NCBI GenBank assembly: GCA_946538975.1 | Contig: CAMNHF010000001.1 | Location: forward strand, 10,431 to 74,430 | DNA: 64,000 nucleotides | Direction of reading: 5' to 3' | DNA from: an uncultured Clostridia bacterium | GTDB lineage: Bacteria; Bacillota; Clostridia; Christensenellales; Aristaeellaceae | Part shown: in pieces, positions 1-6,965 of the stretch | Numbering within the stretch: position 1 is the stretch's first letter | How the letters are laid out: each line of letters starts with the position of its first letter | The notes under the pieces: model-generated | The model's database searches: none | Told to the model about the DNA's origin: nothing | What the model saw: the letters and a program-made list of their open reading frames with translations, nothing else | Translations under genes and position numbers: made by a program

Positions 1-88
1 GTGTCGAAATTTTCCATGTGTTCCGGTATACATCGTGCGTTTACGTTGATTTCACTTAACTTTCACAAAATTAAATCTGTATTGTATC

Positions 89-117
89 TTTTCAAATAGT
101 AAAAGTTTTGATATAAT
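89..117 (+). promoter_or_regulatory. putative sigma-A type promoter of the glycosyltransferase operon
   Basis: TTTTCA(89-94), 17-nt spacer, TATAAT(112-117) with TG two nt upstream of the -10. It lies in the only AT-rich stretch before the RBS AGGAGG at about 131. Confidence 0.45.
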
Positions 118-142
118 TTCACCGTAGCAAGGAGGGGAAGCC

Positions 143-1711
143 GTGGGAATGACAAATCTGCTCCTGCGCAGCGTGCGGGAACGCGGCGTCTCTTATACCT
201 GGCGCCGCGGACTGGAGATCGTGGCCGACCGGCTCTGGGGGCCCTGGGATCACCTGTGGCGGAATGTGCGGACGGATGCCGGAACACTGCAGGCCATGCG
301 GGAGCAGATCCCGGCGGCCGGGCTCATCAGCGTGGTCATCCCCGTGTACAATCCGCAGGAGAAGCATCTGGCCGCCCTCCTGGAATCCCTGCGGGGCCAG
401 GTCTATCCGGACTGGGAGGCCTGCCTGGTCAATACGGGCGACAGTGAAGCCATCCGCGCCCTGCTTCGGGAGGCGGCGGAGCACGAGCCCCGCTTCCGCG
501 TCTTTGCGCACGAAAACGAGGGCATCGCCGGCAACACGAATTTCGGCATCCGCGAAGCCCGGGGCGAATGGATCGCCCTGTGCGACCACGACGACCTGCT
601 GACCGCGGACGCGCTGTGGCGGCTGGCCGAGTGCGCCGTGCGGGAGGCGCCCGACGTGATCTACACCGATGAGGACAAGGTAACCGAGGACGGCCGCCGG
701 CATACGGATCCGCATTTCAAGCCGGACTTCTGCCCGGACGATCTGCGCGCTTCCAATTATGTCTGCCATCTGCTGGCGGCGCGGCGGGAGCTGATGCGCG
801 CGGTGGGCGGGCTGCGGCCGGACTTCGACGGCTCCCAGGATCACGATCTGACCCTGCGGCTGGCCGGGGCGACGGCGCGCATCAGCCATGTGCGGCACAT
901 CTGCTATCACTGGCGGACGGTGGGCGGCTCCATGAGCCACCAGCACCTGGACCGCTGCCTGGACGCGGGCCGGCGGGCGGTGCAGGAGGACATGGCCCGC
1001 ATCGGCTGGCCGGGCAGCGTGAGCGTGGAGCGCGATGTGCTGCGGCTGCGCTACGACGTGCCGGAGGGGGCCCAATGCGCGGTGCTCTGCTGGGGCGAAG
1101 GCGCGGCGGAGCGGCGGGAGGCGGTGCTGCGGCTCGGCTGGCGCGGCGTGCGCGTGGAGGCCCTGCAAACGGCGGCGGAGGTGAACGAGGCCGCGGCGAG
1201 GGCAAAGGAGAACTTCCTGCTGCTTGTGCGGGCGGACTTTGCGCCGCAGGGGGCGGATTTCCTCCGCGAGCTGATGATGTACGCCCAGCGCGATGATGTC
1301 GGCGCCGTGATGCCCGCGGTGGTGGACCGGCGGGGCCGCATCGTGCACGCGGGCGGCGTGGTGGCGCCGGACGGCAGCTGCACGCCCCGGCTGCGCGGGC
1401 TGGAGGTGCGCGCCGGCGGCTGGCACATGAAGGCCCGGCAGAGCGCGAATGTCAGTGTGACGGCGCCCTGCGTGCTTATGCGGCGGGATCACTTCCTGCC
1501 CATCGGCGCCAACTGGACGGACTGGTGCCTGGCCCTCGGCGAAAGGGGCCTCCGCCATGTGTACACCCCGCACGCGCGGGCGGTGCACCGGGGGCCGGTG
1601 AGCTGCCAGCCGGCGTCGGCCTGGGGGCAGCGGCGGGATCCCTGCTGGCATCCGCAGCTGGATCCGCGGAAAGCCGACTACTCGATTCTCAGGGAGAAAC
1701 AGGAGACATGA
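143..1711 (+). CDS. family 2 glycosyltransferase (GT-A fold)
   Basis: 522-aa ORF with GT2 hallmarks ISVVIPVYNPQEKHL, DWEACLVNTGD, IALCDHDDLL and IYTDEDK. GGAGG lies 7 nt before the GTG start. The longer antisense ORF 119..1801 is an Arg/Ala/Pro-rich shadow. Confidence 0.85.
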   Translation: MGMTNLLLRSVRERGVSYTWRRGLEIVADRLWGPWDHLWRNVRTDAGTLQAMREQIPAAGLISVVIPVYNPQEKHLAALLESLRGQVYPDWEACLVNTGDSEAIRALLREAAEHEPRFRVFAHENEGIAGNTNFGIREARGEWIALCDHDDLLTADALWRLAECAVREAPDVIYTDEDKVTEDGRRHTDPHFKPDFCPDDLRASNYVCHLLAARRELMRAVGGLRPDFDGSQDHDLTLRLAGATARISHVRHICYHWRTVGGSMSHQHLDRCLDAGRRAVQEDMARIGWPGSVSVERDVLRLRYDVPEGAQCAVLCWGEGAAERREAVLRLGWRGVRVEALQTAAEVNEAAARAKENFLLLVRADFAPQGADFLRELMMYAQRDDVGAVMPAVVDRRGRIVHAGGVVAPDGSCTPRLRGLEVRAGGWHMKARQSANVSVTAPCVLMRRDHFLPIGANWTDWCLALGERGLRHVYTPHARAVHRGPVSCQPASAWGQRRDPCWHPQLDPRKADYSILREKQET

Positions 1712-2466
1712 ATCAGGAGAAAATGCTGCAGGCGGTGCGGGAGCTGCCCGGCACCATCGGCCTGTACGTGAAGAACACCGTGACGGGCGAGACGGTTTCA
1801 TTCCAGCCGGACGCCGCGGTCGGGGCGGCCAGCGTCATCAAGATGATAATCATGGCGGAGGCCTTCCGGCAGCAGGAGGCGGGCGAGGCCGACTTTGCCG
1901 AACCCTTCACCATCCGCCCGCAGGACAAGCTTCCCTCCTGCGGCGTGCTGACCTACCTGCACGACGGGCTCACGGTGCCGCTGGGCGACCTGGTCACGCT
2001 GATGATCATCGTCAGCGACAACACGGCCACCAATCTGCTGATCGACCGACTGGGCCGGGACCGCATCAACCGGATGATCGAATCCCTCGGCTTCACCGCC
2101 ACGCGGCTGAACCGCAAGTTGTGGCAGCCGGAGCTGTCCCGGCAGGGCATCCAGAACTACGTCAGCGCGGGCGAGATGGGGCGCTTCCTCGAGATGCTGA
2201 TGCGCGGCGAGGTCGTCAGCCCGTCCGCCTCGGAGAAAATGCTGAAGATCCTCGGCGACCAGCGGCTGAACGGCAAGATGCCCTTCTTCCTGCACAGCAT
2301 GGGGATCCGCTGTGCCCACAAGACCGGCGAGGACGACGGCATCACCCATGACGTGGGCATCATCTGGACCGACGAGCCCCGCATCTTCTGCTTTGTCAGC
2401 GAACAGACCGACGTGTCGCGGGCCGAGGGCCTGCTGCAGCTGCTGGCGCTGGAGAGCATCCTGTGA
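1708..2466 (+). CDS. class A beta-lactamase-like serine hydrolase
   Basis: Ordered SxxK (ASVIKM), SDN (VSDNTA) and KTG (HKTGED) motifs. ATG at 1708 overlaps the upstream stop (ATGA). Start taken at the internal Met of ORF 1525..2466. Confidence 0.8.
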   Translation: MNQEKMLQAVRELPGTIGLYVKNTVTGETVSFQPDAAVGAASVIKMIIMAEAFRQQEAGEADFAEPFTIRPQDKLPSCGVLTYLHDGLTVPLGDLVTLMIIVSDNTATNLLIDRLGRDRINRMIESLGFTATRLNRKLWQPELSRQGIQNYVSAGEMGRFLEMLMRGEVVSPSASEKMLKILGDQRLNGKMPFFLHSMGIRCAHKTGEDDGITHDVGIIWTDEPRIFCFVSEQTDVSRAEGLLQLLALESIL

Positions 2467-2475
2467 GGTGAGGGC

Positions 2476-3198
2476 ATGCTGTCCGTGGCGATGGCCGTAT
2501 GCAATGGGGAAAAATACCTCGATGAACAGATCGCGTCCATCCTGCCGCAGCTGGCGCCGGAGGACGAGCTGGTCATCTCGCTGAATCCCTCGACAGACCG
2601 CAGCGGGGAGCTGCTGCAGGCCTGGGCGGAGCGGGACGCGCGGATCCGGCTGGTGCAGTGCCCGGTGGCGGCCGTCGTCGCGAACTTCGCCAGCGCGCTG
2701 GGGCACTGCCGCGGGGAGCTGATCCTGTGCAGCGATCAGGATGATCTCTGGCTGCCGGGCAAGGCGGAGCGGCTGCGGCAGGTCTTCCGCGAGCCGGCCG
2801 TCATGGCGGCGGTGCACGCGGCGGAGCTGGTGGACGCCGGCGGCAAGCCGCTGCCCGTGCAGGAGGCGGAGAAGCCGCCCCACGACATCACAATCTGGCA
2901 GATTCTGCGCAGGAATGAGGTGCGCGGATGCTGCCTCGCGCTGCGGCGGACAGTGCTGGACATCGCGCTGCCGCTGCCGGAGGCCCTGCCCATGCACGAC
3001 AGCGCGCTGGGCCTCGCCGCGGCCTGCCTGGGCCGGGTGACCTACCTGCCGGAGCGGCTGCTCCGCTATCGCCGCCACGGGGACAATTACAGCCCCAGCC
3101 GGCGGCAGCGAATCGGGAAAATGCTGCGTGACCGCATGCAGCTTGTGCACTATCTCACTCTCGTCCGGCGGCGCATGAGGGCCGCGGATCACGCTTGA
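2476..3198 (+). CDS. family 2 glycosyltransferase
   Basis: 240-aa ORF with LSVAMAVCNGEKYLDEQIASIL and LCSDQDDLW (DxD) typical of GT2. RBS GAGGTGAGG precedes the ATG. Confidence 0.8.
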   Translation: MLSVAMAVCNGEKYLDEQIASILPQLAPEDELVISLNPSTDRSGELLQAWAERDARIRLVQCPVAAVVANFASALGHCRGELILCSDQDDLWLPGKAERLRQVFREPAVMAAVHAAELVDAGGKPLPVQEAEKPPHDITIWQILRRNEVRGCCLALRRTVLDIALPLPEALPMHDSALGLAAACLGRVTYLPERLLRYRRHGDNYSPSRRQRIGKMLRDRMQLVHYLTLVRRRMRAADHA

Positions 3199-3211
3199 AG
3201 GAGGAAAACCA

Positions 3212-4180
3212 ATGCCAAAGAAGAAGACCCGGCCGGAAGAAGAGGTTCTGACCGAGACTGCCGAGGAGCGCGAGCACAAAAAGCTGCTGATCCTGGCCCT
3301 GCTGGAAATCACCCGCCGCCACACAGATGTGGATCACCCCATGCGCTACCAGCCGCTGATCGACGCGCTGGGCGCCGAGTACGGCCTGACCGCGACCCGC
3401 AAGAGCGTGCAGCGCAACCTGCTCACCCTGCAGGGCGCCGGCTATCCGCTGCACTTCCAGCACGGCTGGTACTACGAGCATGAGTTCAGCCCCACCGAGC
3501 TGAACCTGCTGCTGAACACGCTGAACTGCGCCGGCGGCCTGTCCGACGAGCAGCGCAGCGAGCTGCGCAGGAAGATCTGCGGGCTGGGCAACGAGCACTT
3601 CCGCCCCGAGGAGCAGGAGAACAGCGGCAAGCCGAACAACCCGGAATTCCTGCACACCATGGAGGTGCTGCAGGAGGCGATCCGCCAGGGCCGCATGGTC
3701 AGCTTCCACTACGGCAACTGGGATGTGGACAAGCAGCTGCATCCCCGTGTCGATGAGAAGGGCAAGGCGAAGCTGTACCACATCAATCCCTACCGCGTGC
3801 TGACCGCCAACGGCCGCTACTACCTGGTCTGCAACGTGGACAAGTACAACACGCTGACCCACTTCCGCATTGACCGCATCATGGACATCGCCCTGCTGAA
3901 GAAGCTGGTCAAGCCCATGGCCCGCGTGGAAGGCGCGGAGAACGGCATTGAACTGTCCGAGTACATCAACAACCATCCCTACATGTACAGCGGCCGTCCG
4001 AAGCGCTGGCACATCCGCGTGGAGCGCTCCATCATCAACGACGTGCTGGACTGGTTCGGCATGAACGTGCGCTTTGAGCATGTGACGGATCAGTGTACGG
4101 ACGTGGTGGTGCGCTGCGATGAGAATTCGCTGAACTACTGGCTCAAGCGCTACGGCGATCACGCCCGCCTGCTGACCTGA
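3212..4180 (+). CDS. WYL domain-containing transcriptional regulator (N-terminal wHTH)
   Basis: 322-aa ORF with a central WYL-type block FHYGNW...YHINPYRVLTANGRYYLVCNVDKYNTLTHFRIDRI and an N-terminal HTH-like region. RBS GGAGG is present. Confidence 0.75.
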   Translation: MPKKKTRPEEEVLTETAEEREHKKLLILALLEITRRHTDVDHPMRYQPLIDALGAEYGLTATRKSVQRNLLTLQGAGYPLHFQHGWYYEHEFSPTELNLLLNTLNCAGGLSDEQRSELRRKICGLGNEHFRPEEQENSGKPNNPEFLHTMEVLQEAIRQGRMVSFHYGNWDVDKQLHPRVDEKGKAKLYHINPYRVLTANGRYYLVCNVDKYNTLTHFRIDRIMDIALLKKLVKPMARVEGAENGIELSEYINNHPYMYSGRPKRWHIRVERSIINDVLDWFGMNVRFEHVTDQCTDVVVRCDENSLNYWLKRYGDHARLLT

Positions 4181-4207
4181 GCCGTCCGCGCTGTACAAAA
4201 CAATGAA

Positions 4208-4238
4208 ACGCTGCCGTCCCGGGCGGCGTTTTTTTTGG
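4208..4238 (+). terminator. rho-independent terminator after the WYL gene
   Basis: GC hairpin GCCGT-cccgg-GCGGC followed by T8. Confidence 0.55.
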
Positions 4239-4301
4239 ATGCACGCGGCAACCGTTCCTGCTCAGTTTCCGGGGGAAGGAGGATTTGGGCACTGATTGCA
4301 T

Positions 4302-4475
4302 ATGCTCAGGCGCAATTGCTGCCAGAACTACCACGTCCGCGTGGGCGACACCCTGGTAAAGATCACCGACAACTGCCCCGTGAACAAGAAGGTCTTCCAG
4401 GTGGGCGACGCGGCCTTCATCTCCTTCGCCCCCGACTGCGTGCACCTGCTGCAGGCCGAGACCGCCGAGGCATGA
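4302..4475 (+). pseudogene. 3' remnant of an ABC-transporter ATPase (TOBE-like C-terminal domain)
   Basis: My translation gives 57 aa: MLRRNCCQNYHVRVGDTLVKITDNCPVNKKVFQVGDAAFISFAPDCVHLLQAETAEA. This resembles only the C-terminal regulatory barrel of MalK/PotA-type ATPases. No Walker motifs or nearby RBS. In-frame stop at 4293. Confidence 0.4.
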
Positions 4476-4511
4476 CCGGCTGACCCAGTCTGAATCCGTT
4501 CCACGAAAAAG

Positions 4512-4576
4512 CACCTCCCGCAGGATCCGGCCCGTTCCCGTGACGGCGCCATGGTCCTGCGGCGGGGTGTTTTTTC
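4512..4576 (+). terminator. possible terminator after the ABC remnant
   Basis: Long imperfect hairpin CACCTCCCGCAGGA...TCCTGCGGCGGGGTG with a large loop, followed by T6. Confidence 0.35.
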
Positions 4577-4676
4577 GGCGCGAAGTCCTCTCCGGTGACT
4601 GTCCCGTGATGCACGGCCGCTGCGCAAGCATTCACCGGCGGATTGCATTTCATCGCAGCTGAATGATACCCAAATA

Positions 4677-4715
4677 GAAGGGTTCAGCCAAGCCTCCGGC
4701 CCGGCTGAACCCTTC
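4677..4715. terminator. 13-bp perfect hairpin downstream of the radical SAM operon
   Basis: GAAGGGTTCAGCC, 13-nt loop, GGCTGAACCCTTC. The U-tracts are weak on both strands (TTTCC on plus, TATTTGGG on minus). It sits 68 nt past the rSAM stop. Confidence 0.45.
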
Positions 4716-4782
4716 TTTCCTGGATGCGGGCTTTTCACGGCCCCTATGAAAGAGACAAAACGAGGCTGCAGCACGCAGCCCC

Positions 4783-5883
4783 TCACAACCTCTCTCCGTT
4801 CTCGTCGAACAGGATGCCGCGCATGCACAGGCGGGGCTCGTCGCGGTCGTAGTCCCAGCTGTGGTGGGCGTCGCCGTCGCAGAAGCGCTTCACCGGGCAG
4901 GCGCAGCAGGTGGGATTGCGCTCCGCCAGGGACTGCCGGAAGATGCCGAAGCGCTCCCGCCAGACCTGCGTGAAGTCATCCCGGTAGATGCTGCCCTGGA
5001 TGGTCTTTGCATTGCGCTCGATGTCCAGGCAGGCGCAGATGTCCCCCTCGGCGGTGACGCTGGCCACGAGCCGCCCCGCCGCGCAGAGGTAGAACCAGTC
5101 GCGCACATCCCGCTCGAATTCCGGCCCCAGATAGTGGCAGCAGCCGTAGGTCACCGGCTGGCCCTTCTGCCGTTCCTCCCGGATGAAGCGCAGCACCCTC
5201 CGGTGGTCCTCCGGCGTGAGCAGCAGCTCCGGATGCAGGCGGGCCCTGCCGATCGGCTCGATGGCCGTCAGCCGCCAGGCGTCGATGTCCAGCCCCTTCA
5301 TCACCTCGTAGAGGACCGGCAGCTCGCCGATGTTCCGCCGCGTCACCACGGTGGTGATCATGACGTGGCGGAAGCCGCCGCAGTCCAGCAGCGCCTGAAT
5401 GCCCGCCATGGCCCGCTGCCAGGCCCCGGGCGCGCCCCGCATCGCGTCGTGGGTCGCCTCCAGCCCGTCGATGCTCACGGAGATCGTGCGCAGGCCCGTC
5501 TCCCGCAGGCGGCGGGCGGCCGCGGCGTCGATCAGTGTGGCGTTGGAGGTCATGCCCCAGCGGTAGCCCAGCGCCGCAGCGTCCGCCATGATGTCGAAGA
5601 AATCCTTCCGCAGCATGGGCTCGCCGCCGGTGATGCACAGCAGCAGGCCGGAGATGTCGAAGTCCCGGCGCACCTTCACCAGCAGGTCATGGATGACCGG
5701 CGCCGGCAGGTCCGCCGGGGGCACATCGCCGCAGCTGGAGCCGCAGTGCTCGCAGCGCAGGTTGCACCGGGTGGTCAGCTCGAGGAAGAGGTTCTGCAGC
5801 CGCGGCTCCCGGAAGAGCTGCTCCCGGTAGTCCGCCCGGGCCTCCAGATATTCGGCTTTCAACGCATCCCGATCCGCCATCAT
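4783..5883 (-). CDS. radical SAM/SPASM-domain peptide-modifying enzyme (putative RiPP maturase)
   Basis: CNLRCEHC (CxxxCxxC) about 40 aa from the chosen start, then GGEPML. C-terminal Cys-rich region: C-x12-GDICAC, then CCACPVKRFC. Start at MMADRD (aa 50 of ORF 4783..6030) with AAGGAG upstream. Confidence 0.85.
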   Translation of the reverse strand: MMADRDALKAEYLEARADYREQLFREPRLQNLFLELTTRCNLRCEHCGSSCGDVPPADLPAPVIHDLLVKVRRDFDISGLLLCITGGEPMLRKDFFDIMADAAALGYRWGMTSNATLIDAAAARRLRETGLRTISVSIDGLEATHDAMRGAPGAWQRAMAGIQALLDCGGFRHVMITTVVTRRNIGELPVLYEVMKGLDIDAWRLTAIEPIGRARLHPELLLTPEDHRRVLRFIREERQKGQPVTYGCCHYLGPEFERDVRDWFYLCAAGRLVASVTAEGDICACLDIERNAKTIQGSIYRDDFTQVWRERFGIFRQSLAERNPTCCACPVKRFCDGDAHHSWDYDRDEPRLCMRGILFDENGERL

Positions 5884-5897
5884 TCCGCATCGGCTCC

Positions 5898-6152
5898 TTA
5901 CATCTCGTTCGGGCCCGGACCGTAGACCGTTTCCATCAAGTGCTCCGCCTCCCGCTGCACTGCCTCCGCCGACGGCCGCTCCGCGGCAAGGCTCTCCCAG
6001 CGCCGGGCCAGCTTGTCCACGGCGCGGCATGTCTGCTCCAGAATCGCGTCCGCCGCGGGATTGGCGCAGCGGGCCAGATCATCCGCCATATCCTCCATCC
6101 CCCAGATCGCATCCATCAGGACGATCACAGGCATCAAGGGTCTCATGCGCAT
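5898..6152 (-). CDS. small ORF, putative RiPP precursor 1 (ends ...HLMETVYGPGPNEM)
   Basis: 84 codons (82 from the second ATG at 6146, which is better spaced from GGAAGGAGA). High GC3 like real genes. Stop lies 14 nt before the rSAM start. Shares its C-terminal motif and a leader block with ORF 6171..6416. Confidence 0.7.
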   Translation of the reverse strand: MRMRPLMPVIVLMDAIWGMEDMADDLARCANPAADAILEQTCRAVDKLARRWESLAAERPSAEAVQREAEHLMETVYGPGPNEM

Positions 6153-6170
6153 TCTCCTTCCTGCCGGCGC

Positions 6171-6416
6171 TCAGCGGTCCGGCCCGGGACCGTACACGAT
6201 CACCATCGGCGCTTCCCGTTCCCTGCGCCTGGCCATCTCCCGCAGCGGCCCGGCGTACTTGCGGAGCAGGCTGTTCAGTGTCCCGGCCGTTTCCTCCATC
6301 AGGCTGCAGACCTGCGGCTCGTCCTGACAGAAGGAGAAACCCTGTCCCAGCCGGCGGATCAGGTCCAGCCTCTCCTGCAGCTCGCGGATGCGCTGCTGCC
6401 GTTCATCGCTCTTCAT
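6171..6416 (-). CDS. small ORF, putative RiPP precursor 2 (ends ...APMVIVYGPGPDR)
   Basis: 81 codons with RBS GGAGGAGAG about 5 nt before the ATG and high GC3. Stop lies 18 nt before the next small ORF. Paralogous to ORF 5898..6152. Confidence 0.7.
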   Translation of the reverse strand: MKSDERQQRIRELQERLDLIRRLGQGFSFCQDEPQVCSLMEETAGTLNSLLRKYAGPLREMARRREREAPMVIVYGPGPDR

Positions 6417-6448
6417 ATGCTCTCTCCTCCCCTGCGCGGGATTGATGC

Positions 6449-6624
6449 GTTACTGCTCAGCGTCTGGGGGAAAGAAACCCTTTTCGAGGCCGAAAAGGGC
6501 TTTCCTTCCCCCAGGCCCCCATCTTTCCCCAAAGGCCTTTTCCTTTTGGGGGGAAGAGGTTTTTGCGATGCATGCGCAGCCGGACAGGCTCAGGCGCAAA
6601 TTGCCCTGCGGGCTGAGCAGTAAC
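6449..6624 (+). repeat. MITE/REP-like intergenic repeat, copy A (full length)
   Basis: Perfect 13-nt inverted termini GTTACTGCTCAGC (6449-6461) and GCTGAGCAGTAAC (6612-6624). ATTGATGC is present on both flanks (6441-6448 and 6625-6632). Internal long hairpin GGGGGAAAGAAACCCTTTTC..GAAAAGGGCTTTCCTTCCCCC. Related copies at 6708, 29441 and 47479. Confidence 0.75.
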
Positions 6625-6707
6625 ATTGATGCTGCCATCATCATACACCGCTTCCGGCTTTTCCGCAAGAGTGCAGCGGCCGCGCTCGTGAATCAGCTTC
6701 ACAGATC

Positions 6708-6872
6708 GTTGCCGCCCAGCCCGCAGGCCAGGATCGCCTGAACGTGTCCCGGGACCGTGCAAAAACCCCCACTCCCAAAGAGAAGCCTTTTCGGAAGGAT
6801 AGGGGCCTGGGGGAAGGGAAAGCCTTTTCCGCCCGGAAAAGGGTGCCCTTCCCCCAGACACCGGGCAATAAC
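6708..6872 (-). repeat. MITE/REP-like intergenic repeat, copy B (inverted relative to A)
   Basis: The reverse complement aligns with copy A along its length (cccccagaca...ggaaaagg...tttttgcac...cctgcgggctgggcggcaac). Termini are degenerate. Confidence 0.65.
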
Positions 6873-6965
6873 CACAAATCGCTTGCATCCCGGCCTTTGT
6901 GTGGTAGAATAGGGCATGGCGAAGCCCTCTCCCGCATCCCCACAGACAGGAGTGCGATTCGTATC

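Noticed and set aside
3212-4180. The WYL regulator as a marker of an adjacent phage-defence system.
   Set aside because: The neighbours are glycosyltransferases, a gene remnant and the rSAM operon. No nuclease, helicase, methyltransferase, Cas, TIR/SIR2 or similar defence-type genes are visible within 10 kb.
6441-6632. Firm call of ATTGATGC as an 8-bp target-site duplication of repeat copy A.
   Set aside because: Truncated copy C also ends in ...ATTGATG (read in the same orientation). The octamer may therefore be part of the element or a preferred target rather than a duplication. Copies B and D show no clean flanking repeat. I keep it only as a possibility.
6457-6888. Recurrent peptide ...FPSPRPPSFPKGL... 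/ ...GKETLFRAEKGF... in ORFs 5940..6623, 6457..6888, 28459..29589, 28977..30641 and 47494..47742. It looks like a protein family.
   Set aside because: The similarity is caused by translation of the intergenic MITE/REP-like repeat in various frames. The ORFs cross hairpins, have no RBS and overlap real genes.
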